Positions 50,921 to 64,000 of a stretch of 64,000 bases of DNA are shown piece after piece. The translations under genes were made by a program, and so were the position numbers. Positions within the stretch are counted from its first letter, which is position 1, and each line of letters opens with the position of its first letter. This DNA comes from Octopus sinensis (lineage: Eukaryota), in the NCBI RefSeq assembly GCF_006345805.1, contig NC_042997.1:20584001-20648000 (forward strand), given 5' to 3'. Under the pieces are notes generated by a model, which was not told the DNA's origin, did not search any database, and was given only the letters and a program-made list of their open reading frames with translations.

Positions 50921-51407
50921 TCTGAAATTGCTACATGTCTTGGTGGAGATGAAAAAGGAATAGAGACATTTGGCATTTTGTTGTACTCAACAAAATCCAT
51001 CTATTAGAACAAAAGAAAGTTTCTAACAGCATTAGGTTTATGTCTATTCACACACTGAACCCAATTTATCCCCATAAAGTTTTGCTCACTTCTCATCTTA
51101 TTAACATTTATCACCTTCACCCTTCCAACAATGACACTGGAGCTTGACACAGTCATCCAGCTCATTAGATTTCATCAAATCATCCAAACCATGGCAACAG
51201 GAAAGACAGATATTAAACAATGATTTATGTATAACTTAATATCATCCTGGTAATAACATTATAACATGCATTCCAAAGCTTCTTTGCAGTTATCAGCAAT
51301 CATGTGCTATCAAATAGCTAGAATACTCCTTTTACTGGATATACATGTGGAAATCTCAAAGCAACTCACCTGATGATGTGCAAGTACACAGCTATCACTG
51401 GATCAGG

Positions 51408-51775
51408 GGAGGCGCAATGGCCCAGTGGTTAGGGCAGCAGACTCGCGGTCGGAGGATCGCGGTTTCGATTCCCAGACCGGGCATTGTGAGTGTTTATTGA
51501 GCAAAAACACCTAAAGCTCCACGAGGCTCCGGCAGGGATGGTGGTGATCCCTGCTGTACTCTTTCACCACAACTTTCTCTCACTCTTACTTCCTGTTTCT
51601 GTTGTACCTGTATTTCAAAGGGCCGGCCTTGTCACTCTCTGTGTCACGCTGAATATCCCTGAGAACTACGTTAAGGGTACACGTGTCTGTGGAGTTCTCA
51701 GCCACTTGCACGTTAATTTCACGAGCAGGCTGTTCCGTTGATTGGGTCAACCGGAACCCTCGTCGTCGTAACCGT
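51408..51775 (+). mobile_element. tRNA-headed SINE family E
   Basis: TGGCCCAGTGG A box, GTTTCGATTCC B box, GGAACCCTCGTCGTCGTAACC tail. Confidence 0.85.
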
Positions 51776-52455
51776 AATAATATGTATAATATATGCAACA
51801 CTCAGAAATTATCAGCTGATGCTAGTGCACAGAAACAGTTGTGATTTGGATTACAGCCTGTTCATTCAATCTTCTTGCATTATATTTTATACACACACAC
51901 ACACACACACACATACACACATACATGAGCACACACACACACAGGTTGCACCAGCTATTCAAGAATAAAATTTTAATTTAAAGAAAACATAAATATTCAT
52001 TATATAAAATAATGTTTAGTAGAATTTGGCACTCGTATTCTTACATACATATACAATAAGAACATTCAATAAAACTGCTATCAGCCTTGATAATTAGTTG
52101 GATACAGCTTCTGAAATGACTAACAGCATTGATTAGGTTATCTTTATTCAAGTTGATCATAAAGTCCTCGTCAGCAGACATTAATGAGTTCTAGATATTG
52201 CAGGCATGCTTGTTGGGCTTCTTCTCAATGGTGTTCCAATGTAGTACTTGAGTGGGGTTTAAATCAGGAGAACTAAGAGTTTATGTGTTAGAGGTAACAT
52301 GATTACAAAATTTTTTAATCATCCATTTCTGAGTTGTGGAGGTTGTATGAGAGGGAGGAGTCTCGCTGAAACAATGTACAGCTTCCCCCAAGTAACTCTC
52401 TTGATCCAGGGCTTCACAAACGTCTTCATTGTCTCAATATTGACTACTATATTGA

Positions 52456-52760
52456 TTGTGAGTGTTTATTGAGCGAAAACACCTAAAGCTCCACGAGGCT
52501 CCGGCAGGGGATGGTGGTGATCCCTGCTGTACTCTTTCACCACAACTTTCTCTCACTCTTACTTCCTGTTTCTGTTGTACCTATATTTCAAAGGGCCGGC
52601 CTTGTCACTCTCTGTGTCATGCTGAATATCCCCGAGAACTATGTTAAGGGTACACGTGTCTGCGGAGTGCTCAGCCTCTTACACGTTAATTTCACGAGCA
52701 GGCTGTTCCGTTGATTCGGATCAACCAGAACCCTCGTCGTCATAACCAACAGAGTGCTTC
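52456..52760 (+). mobile_element. SINE family E, 5'-truncated
   Basis: Nearly identical to 51486-51775. Confidence 0.85.
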
Positions 52761-53508
52761 CATCCACTATATTGATTGTAAATCTTTATAGGGAAAAAAG
52801 GGAAGAGGTATGGCATAGCATGGACTACATTGCTTCTGACCCCTAAGGCCATCACAGAAGATAGAAACTTGGTGTGCATAACAGTAAGGACTTCATTGGG
52901 GCTAGTGCAGATCCATCTATCACTGCTCTTGTTCCCTTTTGGAGCCTGGATGAAATTATCATCTGAGAAGAACCAGAGCATGTTGAGTTCCTTGAAGTGC
53001 TTCAGTTCATTCAGCAAACATTTCAACCAGATCACATGGTTCTCTTGTGTCTTAAAAGACATGAAGTGACCTCTTCTCATAACAGAATTTTTATCTGATG
53101 TCCTCGTACACCACATGGATATGATTTGCAATGCACCTCATTGACTTGCCAGGATTCTTGTTGATGATAATGCCCTGGACTTGCTAGACAAGCTCAACTT
53201 TACTGGCTGTGTTTGACCGTCAAGAATGACTTTTTTTCTCTTTTGGGCCACAAAAGATACTTTCCCACCAATGGCCAAGAGCTCTTTTCTTATCTCAAAC
53301 ACAGAGGACCTTGCTACACTTAAGAAGGATGCACTCTCATAATCACTGTGACTGGTTGCTAAGGTGACAAGAACAACATGACTTTTCATGGTCTGTATTA
53401 GATTCAGAGCCTCCATGTTTGGGACTGAAGTAAAGAAAGGCTATTTAAAGTTAGAGCTACTTACAGTTCTTAAAATTCTTGTTCTCAAATAGCTGTTACA
53501 CTCTGTAT
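52757..53508 (-). mobile_element. Tc1/mariner (maT-like) transposase relic, 5' half
   Basis: LLNELKH..MLWFFSD..DRW..VMHTKF..VMALGV..PYLF; complementary to the region seen at 4860-5577. Confidence 0.75.
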
Positions 53509-54292
53509 GTATGTGTATCTATCTCTCTGCTCTCTCTCTCTCTCTCTCTCACTCTCACTATATATATATATATGTATTCATCTTCTCTTTCCTCTGATCC
53601 TTTGGTCTAGTCTTCCACTACCCTCCTATTTCTTTGTCTCGCTCTGCACTCACAGGTCATTCTTCGACACCCATCCCTTCTCCTCTCTGATTCCTTCTTT
53701 CTCTCTCTTCTCTCTCTTTGTTGCGTTTTGTCCCCCTTTTCTCTCTCTCTCTTCCTTTGCTTCTCTTTCTTTTCTTTTCCCTCTTCTCTGTCACGTGACT
53801 GTTGGCCGAAATCTGCCTTTCAGCTCCTGACCCTCGTCGTGTTAACATCGTTGTTTTTCGTCCGCCGCTATAAAGGCTTTTTCCAATGCGCCAGAGAAAA
53901 AATTTGTTTGCTTGTTATCAGTCGTAAGACACTTGTTGTTTTCACCGTTAATGCTTCTGTATTTCCTGTTTCTGTATTCCATTATTGTTTTTTTTTTTTT
54001 TTTTTTTTTTTTTTATATCTGTCCCTTTTGCTGTCCTGGTGTTCGTATGCATTCGATCCTTCTTCCAGGAAATCTACGCTTCCGGCTTAGTTTTTCTAAT
54101 GCTCGTTGCTTAGTTTTTCTTGGAGGGCTGGCCGTGATCTAGTAATCTCAAGATTAATCAGCCGAAATTACTACGATGATCCGGTTCTTGACTGAAGACT
54201 GAGGGGTTCGAATGTCCTGTCCATGTTTATTGTATCGTCTTCTATGAGTTATACGTTCTTGTCCATGTTGTATTTTTCTACATACCTTAATA

Positions 54293-54339
<47 letters not shown>

Positions 54340-54439
54340 AATTAAAAAACAGAAAAAAGGAGAAAAAGAAAAGCAAACAAACATGAGGACTTAGCACAAG
54401 CAATATATTAATATGACGCTTGGTGAAAGAAGAGAAATA

Positions 54440-54476
54440 TGTTTTATATTTCGAGCATAGCTCTTTGTCAAAAACA
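54440..54476 (-). ncRNA. Minimal PLE-type hammerhead-like motif
   Basis: UGUUU-UUGACAA-A-GAGC-UAU-GCUC-GAAA-UAUA-AAACA; stems I and II pair fully. Confidence 0.45.
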
Positions 54477-55042
54477 GGAAAAACAGTAAAGTCCAGAGAA
54501 AAAGAAGGAAGAATGATGTAAAATCGCAAACAGTCCATGTGCGGTTACATTTCTGAAGTGCTCGGATGTAGAAGGAGGAAGAGAAAATAGGATAGGAGAG
54601 TGTGAAGATGGTTGGCGTGTGTGTGTGTATGTGTGTGTGTGTGTGTATGTGGTAGTGTGTGCATGTATGGATTGAGAGAGACAGCACAGAAGTACGAAAT
54701 TATATAGATAGACATATATATATATATATATATATGTATAAGAGGTATTTATACATATATTTGTATGTATAAATACCCCTTAAAGGGATGTCAGCATCCA
54801 AGTTCCCTGGTATCAACACATTGGGATGTAGTTCCTTTTTCTATCAACTTCTGACCCTGACAAAATGTTCAATTAGCTATAATTCAATATGAATCTTTAA
54901 CTGAATTTTTCTAATTTGAATTAATTGATTGGACATGGAAACAATTGTAGATTCTATGAGTTTGATATTTTTTAAAATTAATTTGTTTCAACAAATTGAT
55001 GTCTGCATATCAATTTCTCCATTTTCTTCTTTATCTTATATA

Positions 55043-55558
55043 GAGGGTTATTGACAAAGAATGAACCAATTTCATTATGCAATATTTTAATAAGGAAAAC
55101 CAATAGAAAACTCCAGCTAAGTCACAAGTATTATTTCCTGTCTTATTAGTGTTCAATGTGGCCACCATCTACAGCATGGGCAATATCAATGCGATAAGAG
55201 AATTCCTTCCAGACACATATCAGCATATCACGATCCACTGAGTACTTCTTTGGCTGTCTGGTTGAATGCTTTATCAATGGTTTTCTATTTCCCTTCTATG
55301 TCAATATCTTCTGGAATTACCTGAAGCAAAGCAAATTTACTCTTTAGTTCCATAATGAACTTGCTTTTGATATGCTGATATGCATCTGGAAAGAATTCTC
55401 TCATCACATTGATGTTGCCTAATCTGCAGGTGGTGGTCATATTGAACACTTGTAAGACAGGAAATAAAAGTTGATTGTGAGTAAATACTTGTGACTTAGC
55501 TGGAGATTTACTAAAATGTTGTGTAATGAAATCAGTTCATTCTTTTTGAATAACCCTG
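55043..55558. mobile_element. Tc1/mariner-type MITE with long TIRs
   Basis: TA|GAGGGTTATTGACAAAGAATGAAC ... GTTCATTCTTTTTGAATAACCCTG|TA; inverted similarity extends about 150 bp. Confidence 0.85.
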
Positions 55559-55844
55559 TATATATATAATCATTTCATCAGTATCACAGTACTTTTCTGA
55601 TGCAGTATTTTCTACAGATGGATACTTTCTTTGATTTGAACCTTCACCTGATTTTGAGGAAGGTAATAAATCCTACCAGTCTATGCTTTCATGTATAACT
55701 AGAAATAAATGGCATCATATATGAATGATGTGAGATTTTGTTCACAATCAGTAACACATATGTGAACACGAAGGGAAATATGAATTCCAACACATACACC
55801 TCTCCATCCACACAGACATGCACACACAAAATCATGCACATATA

Positions 55845-56554
55845 AACGAGGTGATAGCAAAAAGTTTCCAGACTCGTTCTGTAGTGCACCAACAGATGAA
55901 AGCACATGGTTGTGTGTGCAATGAGAGCTAGCAGTGACCTTCATGAGGTAGTGTGCTGAGTGACGTTGCTGTGTTTACTTCGTAAGTTGTGAAATTTGTG
56001 TTTTTGCGATCACATGTATGCTGTAGCCCGTGATTTTTGTCCTGGACAGGAACAAAGAGCCAACGTAAAATTTTGTGCAAAACTTGGGAAGTTTACTACT
56101 GAGACATTGAGCATGCTTCAACAACCTTACAGCGATGAGATAATGGGTTGTACACAATGTTTCAAGTAGCATGGGTACTTCAAAATTGGAAGGACATCCT
56201 TAGAAGATGATGAGCAATCTGGAAGATCTGCCACAAGCATCACCCCCGAAAATGTGGTATTGTGCATTGAGGATACGTCCACCAGGGCTAGACCATCAAT
56301 CAAGAACTCTACCATGATGTTTTGAAGCATCTGAGGGAGAACATTTGGTAAAAGCAACCGGATCTGTGGAACATGAATTGGATACTTCACAAAGGTATAG
56401 GAGTGGCTGTGTGGTAAGTAGCTTGCTTACCAACCACATGGTTCCGGGTTCACTTCCACTGTATGGCACCTTGGGCAAGTGTCTTCTACTTTAGCCTCGA
56501 GCCGACCAAAGCCTTGTGAGTGGATTTGGTATACGGAACGGAAAGAAGCCCACC

Positions 56555-56592
<38 letters not shown>

Positions 56593-57153
56593 TTGTATGT
56601 TCATGTGTCTGTATTTGACCCCCAACATTGCTTGATAACCGATACTGGTGTGTTTACATCCCCGTAACTTAGTGGTTCGGCAAAAGAGATCGATAGAATA
56701 AATACTAGGCTTACAAAGAATAAGTCCTGGGGTCGATTTTCTTGACTAAAGGAGGCGCTCCAGCATGGCCAGAGTCAAATAACTGAAACAAGTAAAAGAG
56801 TAAAGTTTTCCTTACTTGAGAGTTTCTCACCAAAAAACTGCATGGTATCGCTTCTGTACCTGCTATATTCTCCAGATTTAGCACCTGTGAACTTCCACCC
56901 TTCCCCAAGATAAAAATACAGCTCAAATGTCTCCATTTTAACACCATTGTTGAGATCAAGAATGATTCAAAGAAGGTCATCAACTCTCTTATGGAAAATG
57001 ACTTCCAGGCTAGATTCCAAAAGTGGCAGAAATGCTGGAACGGGTGTATTGCTGTGCAAGGTGATTATCTCGAAGATGATGTTGAAACTTAAGCAAATAA
57101 TTTTTTTTTTTTATTAAATATAACTAGTATGGGAACCTTTTGATACCACTTCA
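55845..57153 (+). mobile_element. Internally deleted mariner relic with nested SINE A (56393-56803)
   Basis: EQRANVKFCAKLGK, SLEDDEQSGR, PPGxTINQELY, YSPDLAP, WQKCWNGCIAVQGDYLE; terminal similarity ACGAGGTG..AAAGTTTCC / GGGAACCTTTTGATACCACTTCA|TA. Confidence 0.85.
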
Positions 57154-58904
57154 TATACATAACCAATACACTTCTTCAATTTTCATCTGCCAAATTAATT
57201 AATCAAGTTACTAGCCATGAAGTTGTATCAAATCTGAAGGAAGAGAATACATAATAGATGGAAATATCTTCACCAGCCATCTAGCTAGGGATTTTCATGG
57301 TTACTATGCTTTAGACAGTATCACAAATTTAATCTTAACTGCACACCTCATGGGAACATATAACAGACAGAACAAACAAAGAAAATATTCTTCATCAACT
57401 CTCACTCAAAGAACTTCTATCCTTTTAATGTCTTAGACAGTAACACAGCAACAGGCTGTCAACGGCCATTATGTGTGGTATTTTGGAACTGCTACAAACA
57501 TTGAAAAATTAACAAATATTTGATGATGCTCTATGGATTGGGTCGGAGAGGGAAAAAGAGCATGAAAAAATAAGACCTGGCAATGAGGAGAGGAAAATGT
57601 GTCTTTTATGATAAAAACAAAAGAAAACAAAACAAAACTGCAGTACAAACAAATATGACTTCAAAACAAAAAGCAAATAAACACTTAGGTGGATGGACAT
57701 TTTCCTTTGAGAAAATAACTGAGTGGAGAGAAATTAGTGTGTTCATTTAGCTAACTGAAATGAGAAAGAGGGCTAGAGTAAGAGCAAGTAGTTGTAAATT
57801 AGGAATGAAGAGGCACAAAGCAAGAAGAGATTAGTGAGAGAGTAGCAAGAAAGAGACAGAGAGAGGAAGAGAGAAAAAGAGAGGGAAGTGAGGGAGAGTA
57901 AGGTGATAAGAATTTAAATAAAATAGCAGTATGTAAAGAAATGAAATTGTATATATTGTTACCGTTAATTTAAGAAATTAGTCTCAAACAAAGAGAACAT
58001 GTCACAACTTGAACAAACAAGAAGTATTTCTCATCTGCTGTTTCTTTAAGGATTTCCATGGTTTTGATGCCTTAGATAGTACCACATACTGCATATTATC
58101 AACAGCCATAGAATATGGTTCTAAAGGGTTAATACTTTGGAAACAAGATACAAGAAGCAAGAATAATAGAGAGTTAAGTTTTAGTGATGCGCACAACCTC
58201 ATTTTCTTACATATTCCTATGTTTAAATCGTTGTTTCATATTTTCTCTATCTTTTACTCTCCTTCTTGGTTCCCTTTTCTATTTTTTCTATTTTGCCTTT
58301 CTCCATTTCCAGTTTGCAACTTCTTACCGTTTCCATTTAGGATTGTTAGCTTTCTTTCTTATTTACAGTCATTAAATGAAGAAACCCTGTTTCTCTTGCT
58401 CAAAGACTAGATGTTTATTTGTTTTATCTTACACCAGCCTATTACTTTCACTATTGTCATATGTTGTGTTGTTTTATGTTTATCATAAAAGATCTATATC
58501 TTTATGCCACTTAAGTAGGGGATGAGCTATTTAGCTTTGTTTGGCAATCACCAAGAGCCAACATTTCAATAAAGAAAAAATCACTAAAACAACTGTTGGT
58601 GGTCAGCCTTATGCTGTATGTATGATGCAGTGATACACACATTTGTAACAGCTATTTATACTCAATTGTGTCATTTAGGTATAGCTTCAGGAAACTACAC
58701 CTTATAGAAGACAGGGATGTTAAGTCTTGCAATTATCAAGTTCTAATATGAAACTTCTCTGTGTAGCAATGCAGTTTTAAGTGAAGTCATCAAATAAAAA
58801 GGAATACATAGAAAGTATCAGTAGAAACAGAAGTACTAACAGAGAGATTAAGGAAATGATACTATCTGTATTATAGCATGCATCTATTGCACATTAGCAG
58901 ACCT

Positions 58905-59480
58905 GGCAGATATGTTAGCATGCTGGGTGAAATGCTTAGCGTTATTTTGTCTGCCGCTACGTTCTGAGTTCAAATTCTGCCGAGGTCAACTTTGCCTTTC
59001 ATCCTTTCATCCTTAAATAAGTACCAGTTACGCACTGGGGTCAATGTAATCGACTTAATCCCTTTGTCTGTCTTTGTTAGTCCCCTCTATGTTTAGCCCC
59101 TTGGGGGCAATAAAGAAATAGGTATTTTTTCTGAGTTCAAATTTCGCCGAGGTCGACTTTGCCTTTCATCCTTTCAGGGTCAATTAAATAAGTACTGGTT
59201 ATGCACTGGGGTCGATACAATCGACTTAATCCATTTGTATGTCCTTGTTTGTCCCCTCTATGTTTAGCCCCTTGTGAGCAGTAAAGAAATAAGAAATGTT
59301 AGCATGCCAGGAGCAGTATTTCATCTGTCTTTACATTCTGAGTTCAAATTCTGCCAAGATCGACTTTGCCTTTCATCCTTTCAGGATCGATAAATTACGT
59401 ACCAGTTGCATACTGGAGTCGATCTAATCGACTGGTCTCCTCCCGCCAAATTTTGAACCTTGTGCCTAGAATAGAAAAGA
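58905..59480 (+). mobile_element. Three consecutive SINE family B copies
   Basis: TTCTGAGTTCAAATT core at about 58962, 59130 and 59336. Confidence 0.85.
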
Positions 59481-59729
59481 ATGTCTATGTGAATAGAAAA
59501 AGAGGATCAACTGGACTAAATTCAATTCTGTTTTAGAAATTCATTAGTGAGCAAGTACCCACGCCAAATGTTCATGACAACATCGCATATAAATTCATTG
59601 TTATAGTTGTAAATGTTTTGCTTGTATATAAGTATCCTTGTGAATAGAAGTAGAGAAACCAGTTGGATGAGTTTCAATCTTGCAATGGGATTTCACAGTG
59701 ATATTAGAATAACTGAGAAAGAATTAGTA

Positions 59730-59734
59730 AGAGC

Positions 59735-59768
<34 letters not shown>

Positions 59769-60225
59769 GAACTAGTATCAGTTGAGAGAAGGAATAGTAA
59801 AGATAAATAAAGGAAGTACAAACAATAGAGAAGAAATATGTAGACAGATAAAGAAATATTTGTAGAAGAGATATAGGAGGTAGTAACAGCAGAATATACA
59901 GAGCAAATATTATCAATAGGTGACATAAAGAAGTAGCGATAATAGAAAAGACAAAGGATATATGTATCAATAAAAGTGTTTGAAAAAAAGTAATAATAAA
60001 AGAGATAGAGAAAAAAAGTATTAGGAGTAGAGTCAGAAGAAGAGGTAATAGTGGAAGAGACAGAGGAAATAGGAGAGGCAGGGGAAATGGTATTAGCAGA
60101 CAAGATATGGAAAATACTATTAGTATAGAGAACAGAGGGAGCAGTAATAGTAGAAAATATATATGATGTTGTATTAATAGGAAGAGACTGGGAAAGTAGT
60201 TGTAGTAGAGACAGATGAGATATTT
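59730..60225. repeat. Purine-rich low-complexity tract
   Basis: (AG)n plus degenerate AGT/AGA repeats; explains the 179-aa S/T/I-rich minus ORF. Confidence 0.8.
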
Positions 60226-60454
60226 TATTCATAATAGACTACATAGCATTTTAGGATTCTTTATAATGTAAGGTATAGCATTTTGATAAACATAAACATG
60301 CAATTTTCGCCTCGTTTTGAAAAATAAACAAAATGATTATACCTCAGTAATGAAAATTTGCTTTAGGGTCTGTAGGTATGCTATGGTGTCTGAGGATTAC
60401 ATCGGAAAAGAGGGAGGGGCTAGACATAATCCAACACAACAATGAACTGAAGAG

Positions 60455-60812
60455 TATACTGGCACTCCGTCGGTTATGACGATGAGGGTTCCAGTTTGGT
60501 CCAATCAACAGAACAGCCAGCTCATGAAATTAACATACAAGTAGCTGAGTGCTCCACAGACACGTGTACCCTTAAAGTAGTTCTCAGAGAAGTTTAGCAT
60601 GACACAAAATGTGACAAGGCTAGCTCTAAGTTTAGCATGATACAAAATGTGACAAGGCTGGCCCTTTGAAATACATGTACTTCTCATTTTTGCAAGCTGA
60701 GTGAACTGGAGCAATGTGAAATAAAGTTTCTTGCTCAAGGACACAACGCATTGGCAGGAATTGAACTCAGGACCTTATGATCATGAGCTGAATACCCTAA
60801 CCACTAAACCAC
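60455..60812 (-). mobile_element. tRNA-headed SINE (family E tail)
   Basis: Reverse copy with TGGCACTCCGTCGGTTATGACGATGAGGGTTCC tail. Confidence 0.8.
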
Positions 60813-61587
60813 AAACACAATCTCCTGTATACATTTCCATTTCCATCATTGGTGACTCAAAAGGTTTTATGTTATAACATGCTGGAAAAGACGAATTTGA
60901 TCAGACTAGTTTCTAGTCGTCTCTGACCTTCATCAGAGAAAGAATATCTACTGCTTACAGAGTGCTTATAGAATGTTACCATTTATGGAGTATAGAAACT
61001 AGGACTCAGTCAATTGCATAATAGTGCATGCACCGCCAGCATGGATTAATTAATTCATTCATAGTATCCTACATCACATTTAATGGGTGATTCGAAATCT
61101 AAAGCATACTTTTTTTTTAATAAACATACAATTTTAGCCTCATAACCTTATTATGTCCAATTCATAGTCAACAACTTTCATTTCGATCAAAATTTCTCTC
61201 TCTCTCTCTCCTCTCTCTCTCTCTATAATATATATATATATATTATATATATATATATGTATGTATATATATGTGTGTGTGTGTGTATATATATATATTT
61301 ATATATATATACATACATCTGTGTGTGTATGAATATGTGTATATGTGCATATATGCTGTTAGATATATATGCATGCATACACATAAATACACACAAGTGC
61401 ACATACACACATGCATATGTCATTTTGTCCATTAGATTTTTTATCTGCCATTTTGTCTTCCCTTAGACTAGTCATTAGCTCACGTGTGGGTTGCACCATT
61501 ATCTAATATTCAATAGGCCTCATTACTTATATCCAAATGCTAAATTTCATTTTTTTTTTCAATAAGTAACACCATGTGGAAGCAACC

Positions 61588-61634
<47 letters not shown>

Positions 61635-62187
61635 TAATAATAAAAGTACTAATAAAAATAATGCAAAAAGCAAGGTTGTAAATTAAACAGCAAACATCAT
61701 AGGTGATCAAATTATAGGAAAATCATTTTTTTTTTGTTAATGATTGTTGCTGATGCTGATACTGCTGACGGTGACAATGATGATGATGATGATGACGATG
61801 ATGATGAGCGTGGTGGTGGTGATGGTGGTGTTTGCAGTGCTTGTAGTTATTGTGATGGTTTAAGTAGTAGATGATGTGATGTAAGATCATTTGATAGAAT
61901 TGTCACTACTAACTTTAGATTGCGTTTCAAAGCTATACAGAAGCAAAAGAAAGAAACAAAAGGTACTGAATGCAATTAGCACTACTGACTGTAATTAGTG
62001 CACACCAATAAAAGATTCATGCTTTGCTGTTAATTATTCCATTGTTACGTAATGAAATTTCCTTTACAATGAATTAAAATCTATGACATTTTATGCATGT
62101 ATCAATAATGTGTTGTAAAAAGGGAGTGATAAAGTAAATTACTTTAAGAGACAGGATAGATAGATAGTTAGATAGATAGATAGATTT

Positions 62188-62226
<39 letters not shown>

Positions 62227-63387
62227 TAGATTGATAGATAGATAAATATTTAAAGAGAGAGTGAGAGAGAAAAGGAGATGGAGAGATGTACAAAGTCTAA
62301 CTTTAAATCCTCTAAAAGATCTCACTTTCTAATTTATGAGTTTATTTATAAAGTACCAGTTCCTAATAACTGTATTTTTGGTAATCTTAATGACTTTTGT
62401 TTCTGTATTGGTCTGTAATATTCCATTTTCAATTGGTGGAATACTTCAGAATATTTGCATAATATCTAATGAATTGTTACAGGAAGACATATGTCTCTTT
62501 TTCTTTTACAACAGGATACTTTATTTGGATCTATTGAAATGTTAAGAGAGTATAGCACTTATTTCATTTAGACTAATAGAAATAGTTTACAGAGGAGTCT
62601 TGAATAGAACCATGACAAAATGCTTATTGAATGGTTTAAACTTGAAGCCATAAAATATGTATTTCAGTATTCTGTATACTTGATATAATCTCTTTCAAAT
62701 TGTTGAATAAATACAATTTCCTTGTAGTTCGAAAGTTCACTTCACAAAAATTTCTGGGTTCAATCCCACTTGGAAAAGTGTTTTCTCCTGTAGCTTCATA
62801 AGTGGAATTGTGCAGAAGGCTGTCATACATAGATGATGACTGTCAACTTGTTAGATGAGCATGACCATCGTTGGCAGAAGAACAGAAGCTGATAAGTGTT
62901 CAGTGACAGCAATGCTGTTATGTCGCAATACTACACAGTGGCTGTGTGAGTTACGAAATCCTTGTCACCACTGTTATGTCGCACGTTTGGATGCCTCTAC
63001 TTGACTCAACTCTACTCTACTCTGCTCTCACCACTACTCTCTGCTCTCACCACTACTCTGCTCTGACGACGTCTAGACTTCTCCCTATATGTCTACGTAT
63101 TGGGCTAACCTACTTCATCGTCTGGGGGTATCCACACAACAAATACCCATACAAGAGCTTTAAGCTAAGTGTGGCTTGCACAACATCACAATGACTCTCA
63201 CTAGTAATACTAAGCAGCCCAGAGACAAGCAAATTGCAAAATATCTGGCTCAGTAGGGCAGTGGGTTTTATATTCAAGTTAGCCTTCTCTTTGAGGGATG
63301 CCTTATCAAAGACCAGGGCTTCCTCATTCCCAGGGACACCAACCCAAGTATTTCTATGTCCCAGTGCATACATAAATGCACACATAT

Positions 63388-63430
<43 letters not shown>

Positions 63431-63433
63431 CAT

Positions 63434-63491
<58 letters not shown>

Positions 63492-64000
63492 GTTCTTGCA
63501 CAACTAGACTCAACACTACTAAGCATGTTACGATATTTCATCTTTCATAATCAAATTATGAATATCTGAATGAGTTATGTGACACGGACTCCATATAGTC
63601 TTTTGTAACAACATAATATTCTTCTGATATTTTCTCTCTGATGTATTCTTCTTTTTGCACTGAGGAGAATGGTAATATGTAATTCTAATTAATTTAATAT
63701 TTTCCATGTTTCTTACATGTTGGTGTTACATGGATGCATGGATTAAAATTTTATAAAACTTCTAACACCTTCTCTTCTCCAGCTTTAATTGCTTGTTGAG
63801 TTTCTATAGGATACATGTTCTATAAATGCTCATAACACACCTTATACTTGTAACATTTTCATATTTAAAATAAAAATACTTACAATAGTAAGCTACCAAT
63901 TTAATATGAAGAATCTTAATTAGAAATCTGACTTTGGACTCCCTACCAAAAGTAAAAGGATGCAATTGAACTCAACCTTTCTCATATATAAATATATATA

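Noticed and set aside
51408-51480. tRNA gene candidates at SINE heads (also 20288, 36790, 48110)
   Set aside because: A/B boxes present but each continues into a SINE body; no convincing acceptor stem or terminator
59693-60232. 179-aa S/T/I-rich ORF
   Set aside because: Reverse strand of a purine-rich low-complexity tract
62972-63186. Possible solo LTR (TGTTATG...CAACA)
   Set aside because: Only terminal dinucleotides and an imperfect 4-bp flank match; no PBS, PPT or second copy

Overview
AT-rich, microsatellite-dense animal genomic DNA with no confidently identifiable host gene; most likely a large intron or intergenic stretch. The repeat families resemble those I associate with Octopus (coleoid cephalopod) assemblies, which is an inference and was not checked. 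Nearly all listed ORFs are microsatellite or transposon artefacts. Supportable content: many SINE copies (several tRNA-headed families plus a family sharing its 3' end with an RTE LINE), relics of CR1, RTE and Penelope-like (PLE) retroelements, Tc1/mariner relics, hAT, piggyBac-like and Tc1-like MITEs, two Helitron-like non-autonomous copies, a 5S rRNA-headed retroposon and several long inverted repeats. The standout is a young, GC-richer 957-bp insertion at 38627-39583 made of a 360-bp tandem monomer in two orientations. It carries two complete type I hammerhead ribozyme folds, one per strand, with a U3:A8 core covariation. Its inversion junction lies 1 nt from the predicted self-cleavage site, it has a candidate TSD, and it sits inside the terminal repeat of a Penelope element. 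It reads as a non-LTR retrozyme, a candidate circRNA-forming retroelement.
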